A stretch of 64,000 nt of DNA, taken from contig OZ255721.1 in NCBI GenBank assembly GCA_965277285.1, forward strand, positions 1,216,001 through 1,280,000, written 5' to 3'. The translations under genes were made by a program, and so were the position numbers. Below, piece by piece: positions 36,675 through 46,699 of this stretch. The notes under the pieces are model-generated. The model made no database searches, had not been told where the DNA came from, and saw nothing but the letters and a program-made list of their open reading frames with translations. Source of the DNA: Abditibacteriaceae bacterium. Lineage in GTDB: Bacteria > Armatimonadota > Abditibacteriia > Abditibacteriales > Abditibacteriaceae. The first letter of the stretch is position 1. Every line of letters starts with the position of its first letter.

Positions 36675-38327
36675 TTACTGCACGCGCTTGTATTCGTGCT
36701 TTTTGATCACATCGTTGACGAAAACGCCTTTCGATGCGGCTTTCAGAAAGCGAATGTATTCTTCGGCAGAGACATCGAGATAATCGTAAACGCCGCCGCT
36801 GGCGTACTCGAGGCGCAGGATTTTGCTTTCCACGTCGTAATGCTCGGAAATCACGCTCGTTGAATCGACGCCGTTGCGCTCAGGCTTCAAGAGCGGAAAC
36901 AAAATAACTTCGCGGATGCTGGTGTTGTTGGTCAAAAGCATCACCAGGCGGTCAATGCCGATGCCCAAGCCTCCGGTTGGTGGCAGGCCAAATTGCAAAG
37001 CGCGCACGTAATCGCTGTCGAAACTTTGCGCTTCGACATCGCCGCCGGCTTTTTTGGCAGCCTGTTCGCGGAAGCGCGTTTCCTGATCGAGCGGATCGTT
37101 CAACTCGGAGAACGCGTTGCCGACTTCCTGACCGGCGATGAACAATTCAAAGCGATACGTCAAGCGCGGTTCGTCGGTTTTGCGCTTGGCCAAAGGCGAA
37201 ACTTCCGTCGGAAAATCGAGCACAAAGGTCGGTTCAATCAGCGTGCTTTCGACGTGATTCTCAAAGGCTTCGACGAGCGGTTCGCCCCACAACGTCAGGC
37301 CGATTTTTTCGTGCACCAATTCCTGCATGGTGGCGCGGCGAAACGGCGGCTGAAGATCGAACGAATGTTCGCCAAACATGCATTGCGTTGTGCCGTTCAC
37401 GCGCTCGCCGATGTACGCGATCATTTGCTCGGTCAAACTCATCATGTCGCTGTAATCGGCATACGCCTGATACAATTCCATCATCGTAAATTCGGGATTG
37501 TGGCGCGTGTCAACGCCTTCGTTGCGGAAGTTGCGGTTGATTTCATAAACGCGTTCCAGACCGCCAACCACCAATCTTTTCAGATAAAGTTCGGGCGCGA
37601 TGCGCAGGTACAATTCCATATTGAGCGCGTTGTGATGCGTGATGAAAGGTCGCGCGGCGGCGCCTCCGGCAATCGGCTGCATCATCGGCGTTTCGACTTC
37701 GAGAAAGCCGCGCGCATCCAAAAACTGACGCATTTCGCGCACAATGGCGCTGCGCTTGCGGAACAAAACCGCGATTTCTTCGTTGCCGATTAAATCCGCA
37801 TAACGCTGACGGTAGCGCGTTTCCACGTCGTGCAAGCCGTGATATTTGTCAGGCAAAGGCTGCACGCTGGTCGCCAAAAGCGTGAAATCCTGCAACTGCA
37901 CCGAAACTTCGCCGCGCTTGGTTTTCATCACCAAACCGCGCGCGCCAATGATGTCGCCCGCATCAAGCGACAAGAATTCGTCCATTTTATCAGCGCCCAA
38001 AACGTCCAATTGCGCGATGACCTGGATTTTGCCGTTGTCGTCCCACAAATCGGCGAACGCGATTTTGCCCTGCCCGCGCCGCGTCTTCAAGCGTCCCGCG
38101 ACCGCGACTTGCGTGTTGTCAGTCGATTCAAAGTTGTCGATGATTTCGCGCGAAAGATGCGTGCGGTCGAAGCGCGTTTGCGCAAAAGGATCGCGCCCGC
38201 TTTTCTGTAACTTTTGCAAACGCTCGCGCCGCAAAGCGACGATTTCATTTTCGTCCGATTGAGTACTCGATTTAATGTTTTCTGCGATATTGGAGTTGGT
38301 TTCCGGTGTTTGGTTGGATTGGCTCAT
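36675..38327 (-). CDS. lysS: Lysine--tRNA ligase (class II) with C-terminal KTSC domain
   Basis: [47 protein letters not shown]...[20 protein letters not shown]; tail YD...L.LEY.SG.VY.Y.DV...Y..FL.A.SKG.F.N..IK. Confidence 0.98.
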   Translation of the reverse strand: MSQSNQTPETNSNIAENIKSSTQSDENEIVALRRERLQKLQKSGRDPFAQTRFDRTHLSREIIDNFESTDNTQVAVAGRLKTRRGQGKIAFADLWDDNGKIQVIAQLDVLGADKMDEFLSLDAGDIIGARGLVMKTKRGEVSVQLQDFTLLATSVQPLPDKYHGLHDVETRYRQRYADLIGNEEIAVLFRKRSAIVREMRQFLDARGFLEVETPMMQPIAGGAAARPFITHHNALNMELYLRIAPELYLKRLVVGGLERVYEINRNFRNEGVDTRHNPEFTMMELYQAYADYSDMMSLTEQMIAYIGERVNGTTQCMFGEHSFDLQPPFRRATMQELVHEKIGLTLWGEPLVEAFENHVESTLIEPTFVLDFPTEVSPLAKRKTDEPRLTYRFELFIAGQEVGNAFSELNDPLDQETRFREQAAKKAGGDVEAQSFDSDYVRALQFGLPPTGGLGIGIDRLVMLLTNNTSIREVILFPLLKPERNGVDSTSVISEHYDVESKILRLEYASGGVYDYLDVSAEEYIRFLKAASKGVFVNDVIKKHEYKRVQ

Positions 38328-38365
38328 AGTGCGGCGCAGTTTAGCAAAAGCGTTCGAGACAAAAG

Positions 38366-38457
38366 AAAAAGAACCCCGAGCGTCAGCGACGGGTGAAACT
38401 TATCGATCCCTTATGGCTGATAAGTTTCACCCGTCGCTGACGCTCGGGGTTCTTTTT
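38366..38457. repeat. REP-like inverted repeat, family A
   Basis: aaaaagaaccccgagcgtcagcgacgggtgaaacttatc ... gataagtttcacccgtcgctgacgctcggggttcttttt. Confidence 0.93.
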
Positions 38458-38475
38458 GTCTCGAGTACTCGATTG

Positions 38476-39477
38476 TTAGCGCGGGCGGAAGGAATCGACA
38501 ACGGAGGAAGCACCGGAGGCGCGATTTGTTCCACTATAGATCATGCCGTAGACTTTGGAGCCGCGTGCCACAACAATCATTCGCGTCCCAACTTCACCCA
38601 GCATAGCAACACCGGCTTTTGGAGTAACCAAGACGCCGTTTAAACCTGCCAAACTGGCTCTGGAGACAGAAATGTCGTTTGGGTTGATGTGCGTAGCATT
38701 GCTAAACCCTGCAGTAAACCCCTTGGCAAAAGCCTGCAATGTCATGTAACGTTCCACATTCAAGCCGTTAGGCATGTTCATCGAGAAAAATCTAATAAGT
38801 GCCGTTCCTTTTATAGGACGTAGCTCATCAGCAAATACAGTGAAAGTTTGCCCCGGGGATTGCCCAGAAATATCTCTACGCAGCGCTCGCGTCCGCTGCC
38901 AATTCGACGGCAGCAAAACACTCGAGACGCCATCAGCCAGAATGATACGTTGCGCGCGAGTGGAACGATTGATGGTTGTGGCATCCGAGCCGCCGCTGGA
39001 CGGTTCGGGATTGTTGCGCGCATCGGCAACCGCCATCTGATGAATGTCTAATCCATAAGCCGAACCGTATTCAGGAGCGGGCGCATAACCGGCTTCCTGC
39101 GCGTCTTGCGCCGAAGCGAAACCGATGATTTGTCCAGGCGGCGCCATCAACATTTCGCGCGCGAACGGCGGATAATAATACGGATCGTTGGGCGTTGTGA
39201 CGACGCGCCATGTCGTGCCGAGTTTGTAGCGGTCATCGCCCAGATAATGGCGAATCCAGCCCGGCGGCGGATAATATTTCAGGGCGTGCGCCTGACGAAC
39301 CGAAGGCGAAATCACCGGGCCGCGCGAGATTCTGTCCGCATCGGCGCGAAAAGCACCCGACAAAAGCACGCCGCACACCAGGACGCCGCAAAGCGTGGTT
39401 CCACAAAGCGTGCGAAAAACAGCGCCAGACAATTTCCTTGGGGCAGCAACGGCACGTTTCGACAACGTGATCTTCAT
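38476..39477 (-). CDS. Secreted hypothetical protein (paralogous domain with the neighbour; PsbP-like C-terminus possible)
   Basis: GAGGAG RBS, ATG 39477; signal peptide; shared GW..Y...DRYK and GF.S.QDA..AG..P motifs. Confidence 0.75.
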   Translation of the reverse strand: MKITLSKRAVAAPRKLSGAVFRTLCGTTLCGVLVCGVLLSGAFRADADRISRGPVISPSVRQAHALKYYPPPGWIRHYLGDDRYKLGTTWRVVTTPNDPYYYPPFAREMLMAPPGQIIGFASAQDAQEAGYAPAPEYGSAYGLDIHQMAVADARNNPEPSSGGSDATTINRSTRAQRIILADGVSSVLLPSNWQRTRALRRDISGQSPGQTFTVFADELRPIKGTALIRFFSMNMPNGLNVERYMTLQAFAKGFTAGFSNATHINPNDISVSRASLAGLNGVLVTPKAGVAMLGEVGTRMIVVARGSKVYGMIYSGTNRASGASSVVDSFRPR

Positions 39478-39559
39478 AAAACTCCTCGCGCAAAAGCGGG
39501 AATGAACGGCGACTTCGAGTACTCGATTTGCTATTTCAGCAACAAATTTCGCAGCCAAA

Positions 39560-40801
39560 TCAACGATTCAAACTGGCTGCGTTCTGCTGAAAACGATTGT
39601 ATGTGCCCATGCGAGGTTCCTGACCGCTGCCATTGGTCGGCGCATCGGGATTAGTTGGATTAATGGCACCTGGCGGCGGATAACTCGATGGCGTGCCTGG
39701 CGCTCCTGACATACCTGGTGCGCCTGACCCGCCTTGCATTCCTGGTGCTCCGGTTGTTGGAGTAGTCACAGCGGGCACCAACACGATGCGCGAGCGCGTT
39801 CCAATCACGGTTGTTGGGAAAGGCCCTTCGCCCAGCAACGCCAAAACAACACGATTGACGGTGCGCGAGGTTAAGGAGCGCGTTTCGCGGCGGCTGCGCA
39901 CAGCACGCGCGACACTGCTTACGTAATCGACGCTGCTATCGAACTGTTGGGGCGACATTTGTCCGGCGTAAGCGGCTTCAATGAAGCGCATGGCGCCATC
40001 GCTGTGCGTCAAAGACGCCAATTGCAAAACGCGCGGCGCCGGTTCGGGCTTGGAAACCGGATCGGGACGCAAACCCGCGATCATCGCGTCCTGCCAAGAT
40101 TTGAAACCGACCACGCGATTGAAGCGACGAATCGCGCGCGGCGAAGTGGCCAACAAGCGCAACATCTCCGGTGAGTTGGGGCGATAATAGTAGCGCACGG
40201 GATATTCGCCGCGATCATCTTCAATAGTGACGAAGTTCCACGCGTGTGTAGCGAACTTATAGCGATCCGACTGCACGTAATAGGACAGCCAGCCGCGCGG
40301 CGGAAGCGGATATTTGGCAATCGGTCGGCGATATGGAGCGCGACGCAAACGGGCGCCGTAATAAGGCCGACGGAGCGTTCCATGCGATTGCAATTCGCGC
40401 ACGAAATCAATGCCGCGCATATCGCTCCAGTGAAACGGTTCTTCCGGTATCACTGCCGCCGCATTGCCCGCGCCAGCGCCGCCGGGCGCATTCGCATTGG
40501 GAAAACCGGATGGACTGGACGGGCTTGAACCGCCACTTGAACCATTGGAACCGCCGCGCGCCGCGTCATTAAAATTGGTCGGATCGCTGCCGCCCGGAAT
40601 GCCAGACGATGGCGGCAAACCGCGTAAATAGGAGCTGGCCGAAGTCGACATTCCGCCGCCACCGCTATCCAGCGTGCTGCCCATCGACGAAGCCGCACTG
40701 GTTTCGCCCAGCGTTTGCGCTTCCAACGGCGCGCTCATTCGAGTACTCGAAACTGCGATTCCCAAAACGACTACGGCACCAACGCCCCAATTTCGACGCA
40801 T
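39560..40801 (-). CDS. Secreted hypothetical protein with Gly/Ser/Pro-rich ends
   Basis: GAGGTG RBS, signal peptide, central domain paralogous to 38476-39477. Confidence 0.78.
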   Translation of the reverse strand: MRRNWGVGAVVVLGIAVSSTRMSAPLEAQTLGETSAASSMGSTLDSGGGGMSTSASSYLRGLPPSSGIPGGSDPTNFNDAARGGSNGSSGGSSPSSPSGFPNANAPGGAGAGNAAAVIPEEPFHWSDMRGIDFVRELQSHGTLRRPYYGARLRRAPYRRPIAKYPLPPRGWLSYYVQSDRYKFATHAWNFVTIEDDRGEYPVRYYYRPNSPEMLRLLATSPRAIRRFNRVVGFKSWQDAMIAGLRPDPVSKPEPAPRVLQLASLTHSDGAMRFIEAAYAGQMSPQQFDSSVDYVSSVARAVRSRRETRSLTSRTVNRVVLALLGEGPFPTTVIGTRSRIVLVPAVTTPTTGAPGMQGGSGAPGMSGAPGTPSSYPPPGAINPTNPDAPTNGSGQEPRMGTYNRFQQNAASLNR

Positions 40802-40834
40802 AAATTCACCTCGTGAAGTAGGCTTATTCTAACA

Positions 40835-40945
40835 GAAGGAGGCAGCCGCAGAAAGCAGAAGGCAGCCCGGGCACAGAACATTCCAACGACACAGTTGAAA
40901 CTTCGAGTACTCGGACTGCCTTCTGCTTTCCGCCGCTGCTTCCTG
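40835..40945. repeat. Inverted heptamer arrays (GCAGAAG / CTGCCTT) enclosing a palindrome variant
   Basis: gcagaaagcagaaggcag ... tcgagtactcgg ... ctgccttctgctttccgc. Confidence 0.6.
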
Positions 40946-40947
40946 GT

Positions 40948-42696
40948 TCATTGACCAAGCATTCCGCCCAGCAAATCGCCCATCGTCATTACTTTACCGT
41001 CTGTGATGTCATCATCGCCGTGGGCGCCTTCGATCCAGCGCGCGTAAAGCGCATCAATTTGCGCAGCTTTGTCGGGCGCTTGCGACTTAAAAACGTCGCG
41101 CAAATTGTTGCCGTCCGCCAGTTTGCCGTTGAACTTCGTGTAATATTCGCGCAAGCTGGCGAAGAAACGGTCGTCGCCCAGCAATTTGCGCATCGCGCCA
41201 TAAAACAAGGCGCCTTTGCCATAAACAACCGCACCGTATTGCAATTCGTTGGTGTAAGCCGACGTTTTCAAATCGGCGCGCGCGTCGGTCGTCCCCAACA
41301 TTCGCGCAAAAGCGTAAGAACTTTTGAGGTGCGCGTCGCTCATTTCCTGCGCGCGGGCTTTGCCATAGCGGTCTTCCCAGTAAATCATCGAGGAATAATT
41401 GGTCAGGCTTTCATCGAGCCACGGCGCGCGCTGACTGTCGCTGCCGACGCCAATCGCCCACCATTGATGCCCGACTTCGTGCGCGATGGTTTCCTCGAAC
41501 AACGAATCCAAAATCGCTTTCTGCTTCGCCATCACATCGCCCAGCGGCGAGTTTCCAGTACTCGATTGTCCGCTGGAACCTCCGCCGAACATATTCGCCA
41601 AACCGCCCAGTTGCGCGCCCAAATCGCCATACAACATGGACGCGATTCCCGTCATGCCGGAATACTCCATGCCGCCCGCGCCGCCGCGAATCGGCGCTTC
41701 GGCGACCGTAAAAGTGCTGTAATTGTAAGGGCCAAAACGTTTGGCGTAAATTTGCAAAGCATGTCCCGCAATGTCAATCGCCTGATCGGTTTTGGCCGCG
41801 TTCGCTCTGGTCGTAAACGCTTCAACTTCGACTTGCTTTCCCGCGACATCGAAAGTTTTCGATTTGGTTTTATACTGATCGCTCAGCATGATGGGAAAGT
41901 CGCGCGTGGTTTCCGTCACATGAATTGAAGTGTTTGCCGATGCGGAAACCCAACGCACATCGGGCGCCGCGATGACCACATTTTTGCCAGTCTGAATCGT
42001 GACATCGTAATCGCTCATCTCGGCATAAGCGACATCGCCTAAACCTTCGGGCGCAGCATCAATCCATTGCCCGTTGCGGCGCACCGCCAGCGTCGGATAC
42101 CAGAAAGCGCCCAAGCTGAGGATGTTGTCGCCGAACGTATAAAGTCCGTAATCCGTGTTCTTCGGTTTGGCGGGCGCGTTTCCAGTACTCGATGCGCCGC
42201 CCAGCAAACTGCCCAGATCGATGCCGGACAACATTCCGCCCAAACCTTCGCTGCCCGCGGGAGCGCGCGGAACGTGACCATGCGTTTTGATGTTCAGCGT
42301 GAAAGCCGAAGTTTGCGCCTGCGGAAGTTGAACCTTCAAAACCGCGCCATTCAATTGAAACTTGACGGGCGCGCCGTTCATCGTGACCGAAGCGACAACG
42401 ATGTTGGGATTGTTGACTGTCGCGCCGCCGACGCCATCGGCATTGGCATAGAGAAAAAACGACACGTCTTTCATCGCGTCATTTGCTGCGACGGGAGCCG
42501 TGATTTGCGTTTCCGTTTTCAAAGTGAGCGCAGCGTAATCAACGCTCAAAGTGATTTTGTATTGCGGTCGCGCGATGTTTTGCAGCGCAACAACCGGCGC
42601 CACAATGGGCGCAGGATTCGCAAGCGGCGTCGCAGCATGACTGTTACAACCGCAAAGGCCCAGAAAGAATAAAGACAAAACCGAAAAACGTTTCAT
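40948..42696 (-). CDS. M1 family aminopeptidase, probable lipoprotein
   Basis: Lipobox LCGC; GGMEY, AHEVGHQWW, WLDESLTNY, YGKGA. Confidence 0.94.
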   Translation of the reverse strand: MKRFSVLSLFFLGLCGCNSHAATPLANPAPIVAPVVALQNIARPQYKITLSVDYAALTLKTETQITAPVAANDAMKDVSFFLYANADGVGGATVNNPNIVVASVTMNGAPVKFQLNGAVLKVQLPQAQTSAFTLNIKTHGHVPRAPAGSEGLGGMLSGIDLGSLLGGASSTGNAPAKPKNTDYGLYTFGDNILSLGAFWYPTLAVRRNGQWIDAAPEGLGDVAYAEMSDYDVTIQTGKNVVIAAPDVRWVSASANTSIHVTETTRDFPIMLSDQYKTKSKTFDVAGKQVEVEAFTTRANAAKTDQAIDIAGHALQIYAKRFGPYNYSTFTVAEAPIRGGAGGMEYSGMTGIASMLYGDLGAQLGGLANMFGGGSSGQSSTGNSPLGDVMAKQKAILDSLFEETIAHEVGHQWWAIGVGSDSQRAPWLDESLTNYSSMIYWEDRYGKARAQEMSDAHLKSSYAFARMLGTTDARADLKTSAYTNELQYGAVVYGKGALFYGAMRKLLGDDRFFASLREYYTKFNGKLADGNNLRDVFKSQAPDKAAQIDALYARWIEGAHGDDDITDGKVMTMGDLLGGMLGQ

Positions 42697-42762
42697 TCGA
42701 TTACTCCTCAACAAAACCACTCAACTGTCCGCGACAAACGCAAAAGAGAATTAGAGATAATT

Positions 42763-42790
42763 GTACGGGCGAGGCATGCCTCGCCCGTAC
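42763..42790. repeat. Family C REP palindrome
   Basis: gtacgggcgaggcatgcctcgcccgtac, perfect 28-bp palindrome. Confidence 0.85.
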
Positions 42791-42836
42791 GTTGCGCACA
42801 TTTCGCGGACTCATCCTATTTTACAAGGTTCAATAG

Positions 42837-44030
42837 ATGGCTTTAGACGCAATTCTTTTCGACGTGGACGGAACTCTGGTGGACACCAACGATTTGCACG
42901 CGCAAGCCTTTGAGCACGCGTTTCAAAGTTGCGGCTACAACGTCGCGCACGACCGCATTTTCCTCGAAATCGGCAAAGGCGGCGACTTCCTGATCCGCGA
43001 CTTGCTGGGACAAAGCGCCTTCGACAAAGATGGCGAACAAATCAAAAAACTACAGGGCGAAGAAGTGATCCGGTTGGTTTCAACGCATCCCGTCAAAGTT
43101 TTTCCACAAGTCCGCGAACTCTTGACCGAATTGCGTCGCCGCAAATTGAAAGTCGCCATCGCCACATCGGGCGAAAAGAAAGTTTTTGAAGCGATTTGCC
43201 GCAGCGCTCAACTCGATTTGCCATCGTTGGTTGACCTGATAACAACCGCCGACGATGCCAAACAAGCCAAGCCCGCGCCCGATATTTTGCAGGTGACGTG
43301 CGACAAATTAGGACTTTCCGTCGCGCAATGCGCCCTTGTCGGCGACACGCCACACGATGCCGAAAGCGCGCGCCGCGCCGGTGTGGTTTGTCTGGGCGTT
43401 CTCAGCGGCGGCAATAAAAGCGAAGTTTTGAAAAGTTCTGGCGCGCGCCGTGTTTACCAGGACACCGACGAAATCTTCGACAATCTGGATCGAGTACTCG
43501 AAAGCGCATCGCCAAGAAAAGTCAGCCTTACGCGCGAACTGCAAGAACATTTGATGAACGCAGCGCTCGAAGTCGCGCGTAACGGAATGCGTCACGGCGA
43601 AGCGCCAATTGGTTGCATCTTGGCGCGCGGCGATGGCGAGATCATCGCGCGCGGCTTCAATTCGATGAACACGTCGCAAAATAAAACCGCGCACGCCGAA
43701 ATCGTGACTTTCGCCAACGCCGCAGGCAAGGTTCCGCTCGATGCGCGAGATTTGATTTTAGTTTCGACTTTGGAACCGTGCGTGATGTGCACTGGCGCCG
43801 CCATGGAAAGCGCCGTTGATACGGTTTTGTATGCGTTGCCCGCTCCCGCCGATCAAGGTTCAACCAGAATCGCCGCGCCGCAAAGCCCCGAAAGCCAAAT
43901 GCCGCGCATCGTCGGTCGAGTACTCGAAGCGCAAAGTCGCAAACTCTTTGAAGGCTGGCTGCAGGAAAATGAAGACCATTCGGGCGCGCCTTACGTGAAG
44001 CAGTTATTGGAAGCGACGAAGGTACTCTAA
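42837..44030 (+). CDS. Fusion of HAD-family hydrolase and zinc-dependent nucleoside/tRNA deaminase domain
   Basis: FDVDGTLVDT, ATS, KPAPD, VGDTPHD; then M..AL..A...GEAPIG, TAHAE, TLEPCVMCTGA. Confidence 0.92.
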   Translation: MALDAILFDVDGTLVDTNDLHAQAFEHAFQSCGYNVAHDRIFLEIGKGGDFLIRDLLGQSAFDKDGEQIKKLQGEEVIRLVSTHPVKVFPQVRELLTELRRRKLKVAIATSGEKKVFEAICRSAQLDLPSLVDLITTADDAKQAKPAPDILQVTCDKLGLSVAQCALVGDTPHDAESARRAGVVCLGVLSGGNKSEVLKSSGARRVYQDTDEIFDNLDRVLESASPRKVSLTRELQEHLMNAALEVARNGMRHGEAPIGCILARGDGEIIARGFNSMNTSQNKTAHAEIVTFANAAGKVPLDARDLILVSTLEPCVMCTGAAMESAVDTVLYALPAPADQGSTRIAAPQSPESQMPRIVGRVLEAQSRKLFEGWLQENEDHSGAPYVKQLLEATKVL

Positions 44031-44599
44031 GATTTCTGTTTGATGGTGTAGATTTCAATTGGCAAACCTGTTCCATCGTTGAATTTGGCTGCGGCTTCTA
44101 CAGCTTTGCGCGCGATTTCAGCAGCCGAGAAATCCAAATCATAAAGAACTTCCATTGCACCCAAAGCGAACTCAGAGCCACTGCCAAACGAGTAAAATTT
44201 TGTGTACTCTTGAACAGAACGCAAGGCATAAACGCCGAAGATGCCGTAAGGATTCGCGATGAGATATTGATGCTGCGAGGACTCAAACGGATCATCGCTG
44301 TCTTCGACGGGATTTAGGAAGTAATCGCTTTTAAGGGCCGGATGAATTTCTCGTGCCATTTCAAATACCGCTTGAGCCGAATCCAGTTTCAAAGGTTTTT
44401 TTGGCTTCGTGAGAACACTTTGCAAAACCAAGCCAAAAGAAGCATGGCCGACATGAGCGAAGTAATTTTGCTTGACCTCCACAATTTTGGTCGCAGTAGA
44501 AATGTACTCGGCGCTTTCATACAAACTGCCCAATTTCGTCATCGTATCGGCGGCAATGGCAATCTGACCTTCTTTTTTCACAACAACCACTGTTGACAT
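44027..44599 (-). CDS. Proteasome/HslV-fold Ntn hydrolase (BPH-like)
   Basis: MSTVVVVKKEGQIAIAADT, K.I, FGSGSEFALGA, IAR.AVEAA..F. Confidence 0.85.
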   Translation of the reverse strand: MSTVVVVKKEGQIAIAADTMTKLGSLYESAEYISTATKIVEVKQNYFAHVGHASFGLVLQSVLTKPKKPLKLDSAQAVFEMAREIHPALKSDYFLNPVEDSDDPFESSQHQYLIANPYGIFGVYALRSVQEYTKFYSFGSGSEFALGAMEVLYDLDFSAAEIARKAVEAAAKFNDGTGLPIEIYTIKQKS

Positions 44600-44707
44600 A
44601 AGCACGCTCCAAAACCTCAAGCATAACAAAAGGAACGAGTACTCAAATCGAGTACTCGAACCTTGTGTTATGTGACAAGTGTTCAAGAGAACTTGGCTTC
44701 TGGTTCT

Positions 44708-46456
44708 TTAACGAGGCGGCGTTTTGAGTTGCACGCGGTAAGCCATCATATCTTCGTGTTGAGCGAGAAGTTGCGCGGATATCGCTCGATTACTGAGCAA
44801 ATCGTGCAGCGCTACTTTTCTGGTGAATACAACGAGGCTATTTCGGCCTTCGCGCTGTGCCAGACGCAGGGCTTTCACCAGTTCATTGCGGCTGTCCAAT
44901 TCGACATCATCGCCCGTCGACATATTTTGAATAGGCGCGCCCTGGTCGTAATACACAACACGCCCGCCGCTGTAAAATACCGGCGCATATTGCCGGCCCG
45001 AGCGATAGAAAGCCATCTTCTCATTTGGCTTGAGTTGCGCTGCCGCTTCAGTCGAGTACTCGCCCAGGCTATAATGGCTGCTCAGGGTCGGAAACACGAA
45101 AACCATGCTCGCCATCGCGCCCAAGATCGCCAGTGCGGGAGCAAATACCGCTTTTGGTGCCCTGCCTTTCCACAATGCCGCGCTCGCCGCCAAGCCCAGT
45201 AGAATCAGCGCGATAGATAACATTTCCATGAGGTGAGGAAAAAAGGCTTGCTTGTGACGCAACGTCAGGCCCGCTCCGCCCAGAAGCGCCACCGACAACG
45301 CGTTGATCACAGCCGCTCCGCGCAAGGCTATGGTTTTCTCGCCGTTCCACCAGCGCTCGGCTTCGGCCCCCAAAAGGAGCGCCATCGCGGGAAAAATCGG
45401 CAAAATGTAGCCTGGCAACTTGGAAGTGGAAAAGGAGAAAAAAACGACCGGAACCAGGAACCAGATCCAGGCCAGCGCGAGGAGCGAATCGCGTTCGCTT
45501 TCCCGAGGTCGCAACGAACGAAGATGCTGTACCGACGGCCAGATAAAACCAATCCACGGCAGAGTACCAACGAGAGCCACAAAACCGTAAAAGTAAATTG
45601 GCTGCGGATGTTGATATTTGTTAGTCATATAGCGCTTGAAATGCTGATTGATGAAGAACTCGTCAACGAAAACGTGACCATGACGCAACGTCACAGGCAC
45701 ATACCACAAGCCCGCCACCACCGCGAAAGTCGTCACTGCCAGACAAAAGTCTTTGCCTGATCGTAAAATCGGTCGCCGCGTCCAAAAACCATAAAGGCCT
45801 AAAATAGCGACGACCAAAAAGATGCCGATCAAACCCTTGGCCAGCATCGCAGCCGCTGTAAAAATCGTGCACAACAACAGAAAACCAAGGCGCGCTTTGC
45901 CTTCGCTGGTCGAGGCTACAAAGCCAGACAACAAGGCCACGCAAAGAGTACTCGAAAGCACCATGTCGGTTGTGGCGGCAAAAGAAAAGCAAACCCACAG
46001 CGCGCTGGTCGCCAGTACCAAAGCGCTACTCACGCCCCAGCGCGTCCATCCCGAACGTCGCGGCACATAGAAAATAAAACCAATCGCCAGCAACGAAGCT
46101 ACAGCCGATGGCAAGCGCGCTGCAAACTCGCTCACGCCGAAAAAGTGGTAGGAACTCGCCGCCATCCAATAGTATAAAATTGGCTTTTCAAACCACAACA
46201 AACCGCACAAGCATGGCGAAATGTAGTCGCCGGAAAGGAACATTTCGCGCGCGACTTGCGCATAGCGCGGCTCGTCCGGCCCGATAAAAGCAAACTTGCC
46301 CAATCCACTCAACAGCGCAGTGACATAAAGCGCCATGAAAGCGAAGAACCAGGCGGCGCTACGGGAGAGATGGTGTAAAGAAGTTCGTGACGAAGAGTTA
46401 TGCAGCAACGCTTGTGTGGTGGCAGGCGACGCGGAAGGCGATTCTGAAAATTTCAT
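44708..46456 (-). CDS. ArnT/GT39-like membrane glycosyltransferase
   Basis: PDEPRYAQVAREM..SGD, FEKPILYYW, EFAARLPSA, LAKG, FFSFS.SKLPGYILP. Confidence 0.94.
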   Translation of the reverse strand: MKFSESPSASPATTQALLHNSSSRTSLHHLSRSAAWFFAFMALYVTALLSGLGKFAFIGPDEPRYAQVAREMFLSGDYISPCLCGLLWFEKPILYYWMAASSYHFFGVSEFAARLPSAVASLLAIGFIFYVPRRSGWTRWGVSSALVLATSALWVCFSFAATTDMVLSSTLCVALLSGFVASTSEGKARLGFLLLCTIFTAAAMLAKGLIGIFLVVAILGLYGFWTRRPILRSGKDFCLAVTTFAVVAGLWYVPVTLRHGHVFVDEFFINQHFKRYMTNKYQHPQPIYFYGFVALVGTLPWIGFIWPSVQHLRSLRPRESERDSLLALAWIWFLVPVVFFSFSTSKLPGYILPIFPAMALLLGAEAERWWNGEKTIALRGAAVINALSVALLGGAGLTLRHKQAFFPHLMEMLSIALILLGLAASAALWKGRAPKAVFAPALAILGAMASMVFVFPTLSSHYSLGEYSTEAAAQLKPNEKMAFYRSGRQYAPVFYSGGRVVYYDQGAPIQNMSTGDDVELDSRNELVKALRLAQREGRNSLVVFTRKVALHDLLSNRAISAQLLAQHEDMMAYRVQLKTPPR

Positions 46457-46646
46457 AATACAAATAGATATTCTGCTCGTTTCACCGTTCAGACGCAACG
46501 TTTACACACAACGTTCAGCCACAATCAAGAGTATTCGGCATTTTCCTGATGCACTTTCCTTGAAATTCCTATCGGACTCACACAACAAATAGCTAACCCA
46601 ATTGCGCCGCTGTCCACTGACTTGGTAGAAAAACTGATTGACATTG

Positions 46647-46687
46647 CAAAAGGTTCGAGTACTCATATCGAGTACTCGAACCTTTTG
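46647..46687. terminator. Hairpin formed from two palindrome copies
   Basis: caaaaggttcgagtactc-atatc-gagtactcgaaccttttg just past the stop of 46700-47077. Confidence 0.7.
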
Positions 46688-46699
46688 ATGTTGCGACTT

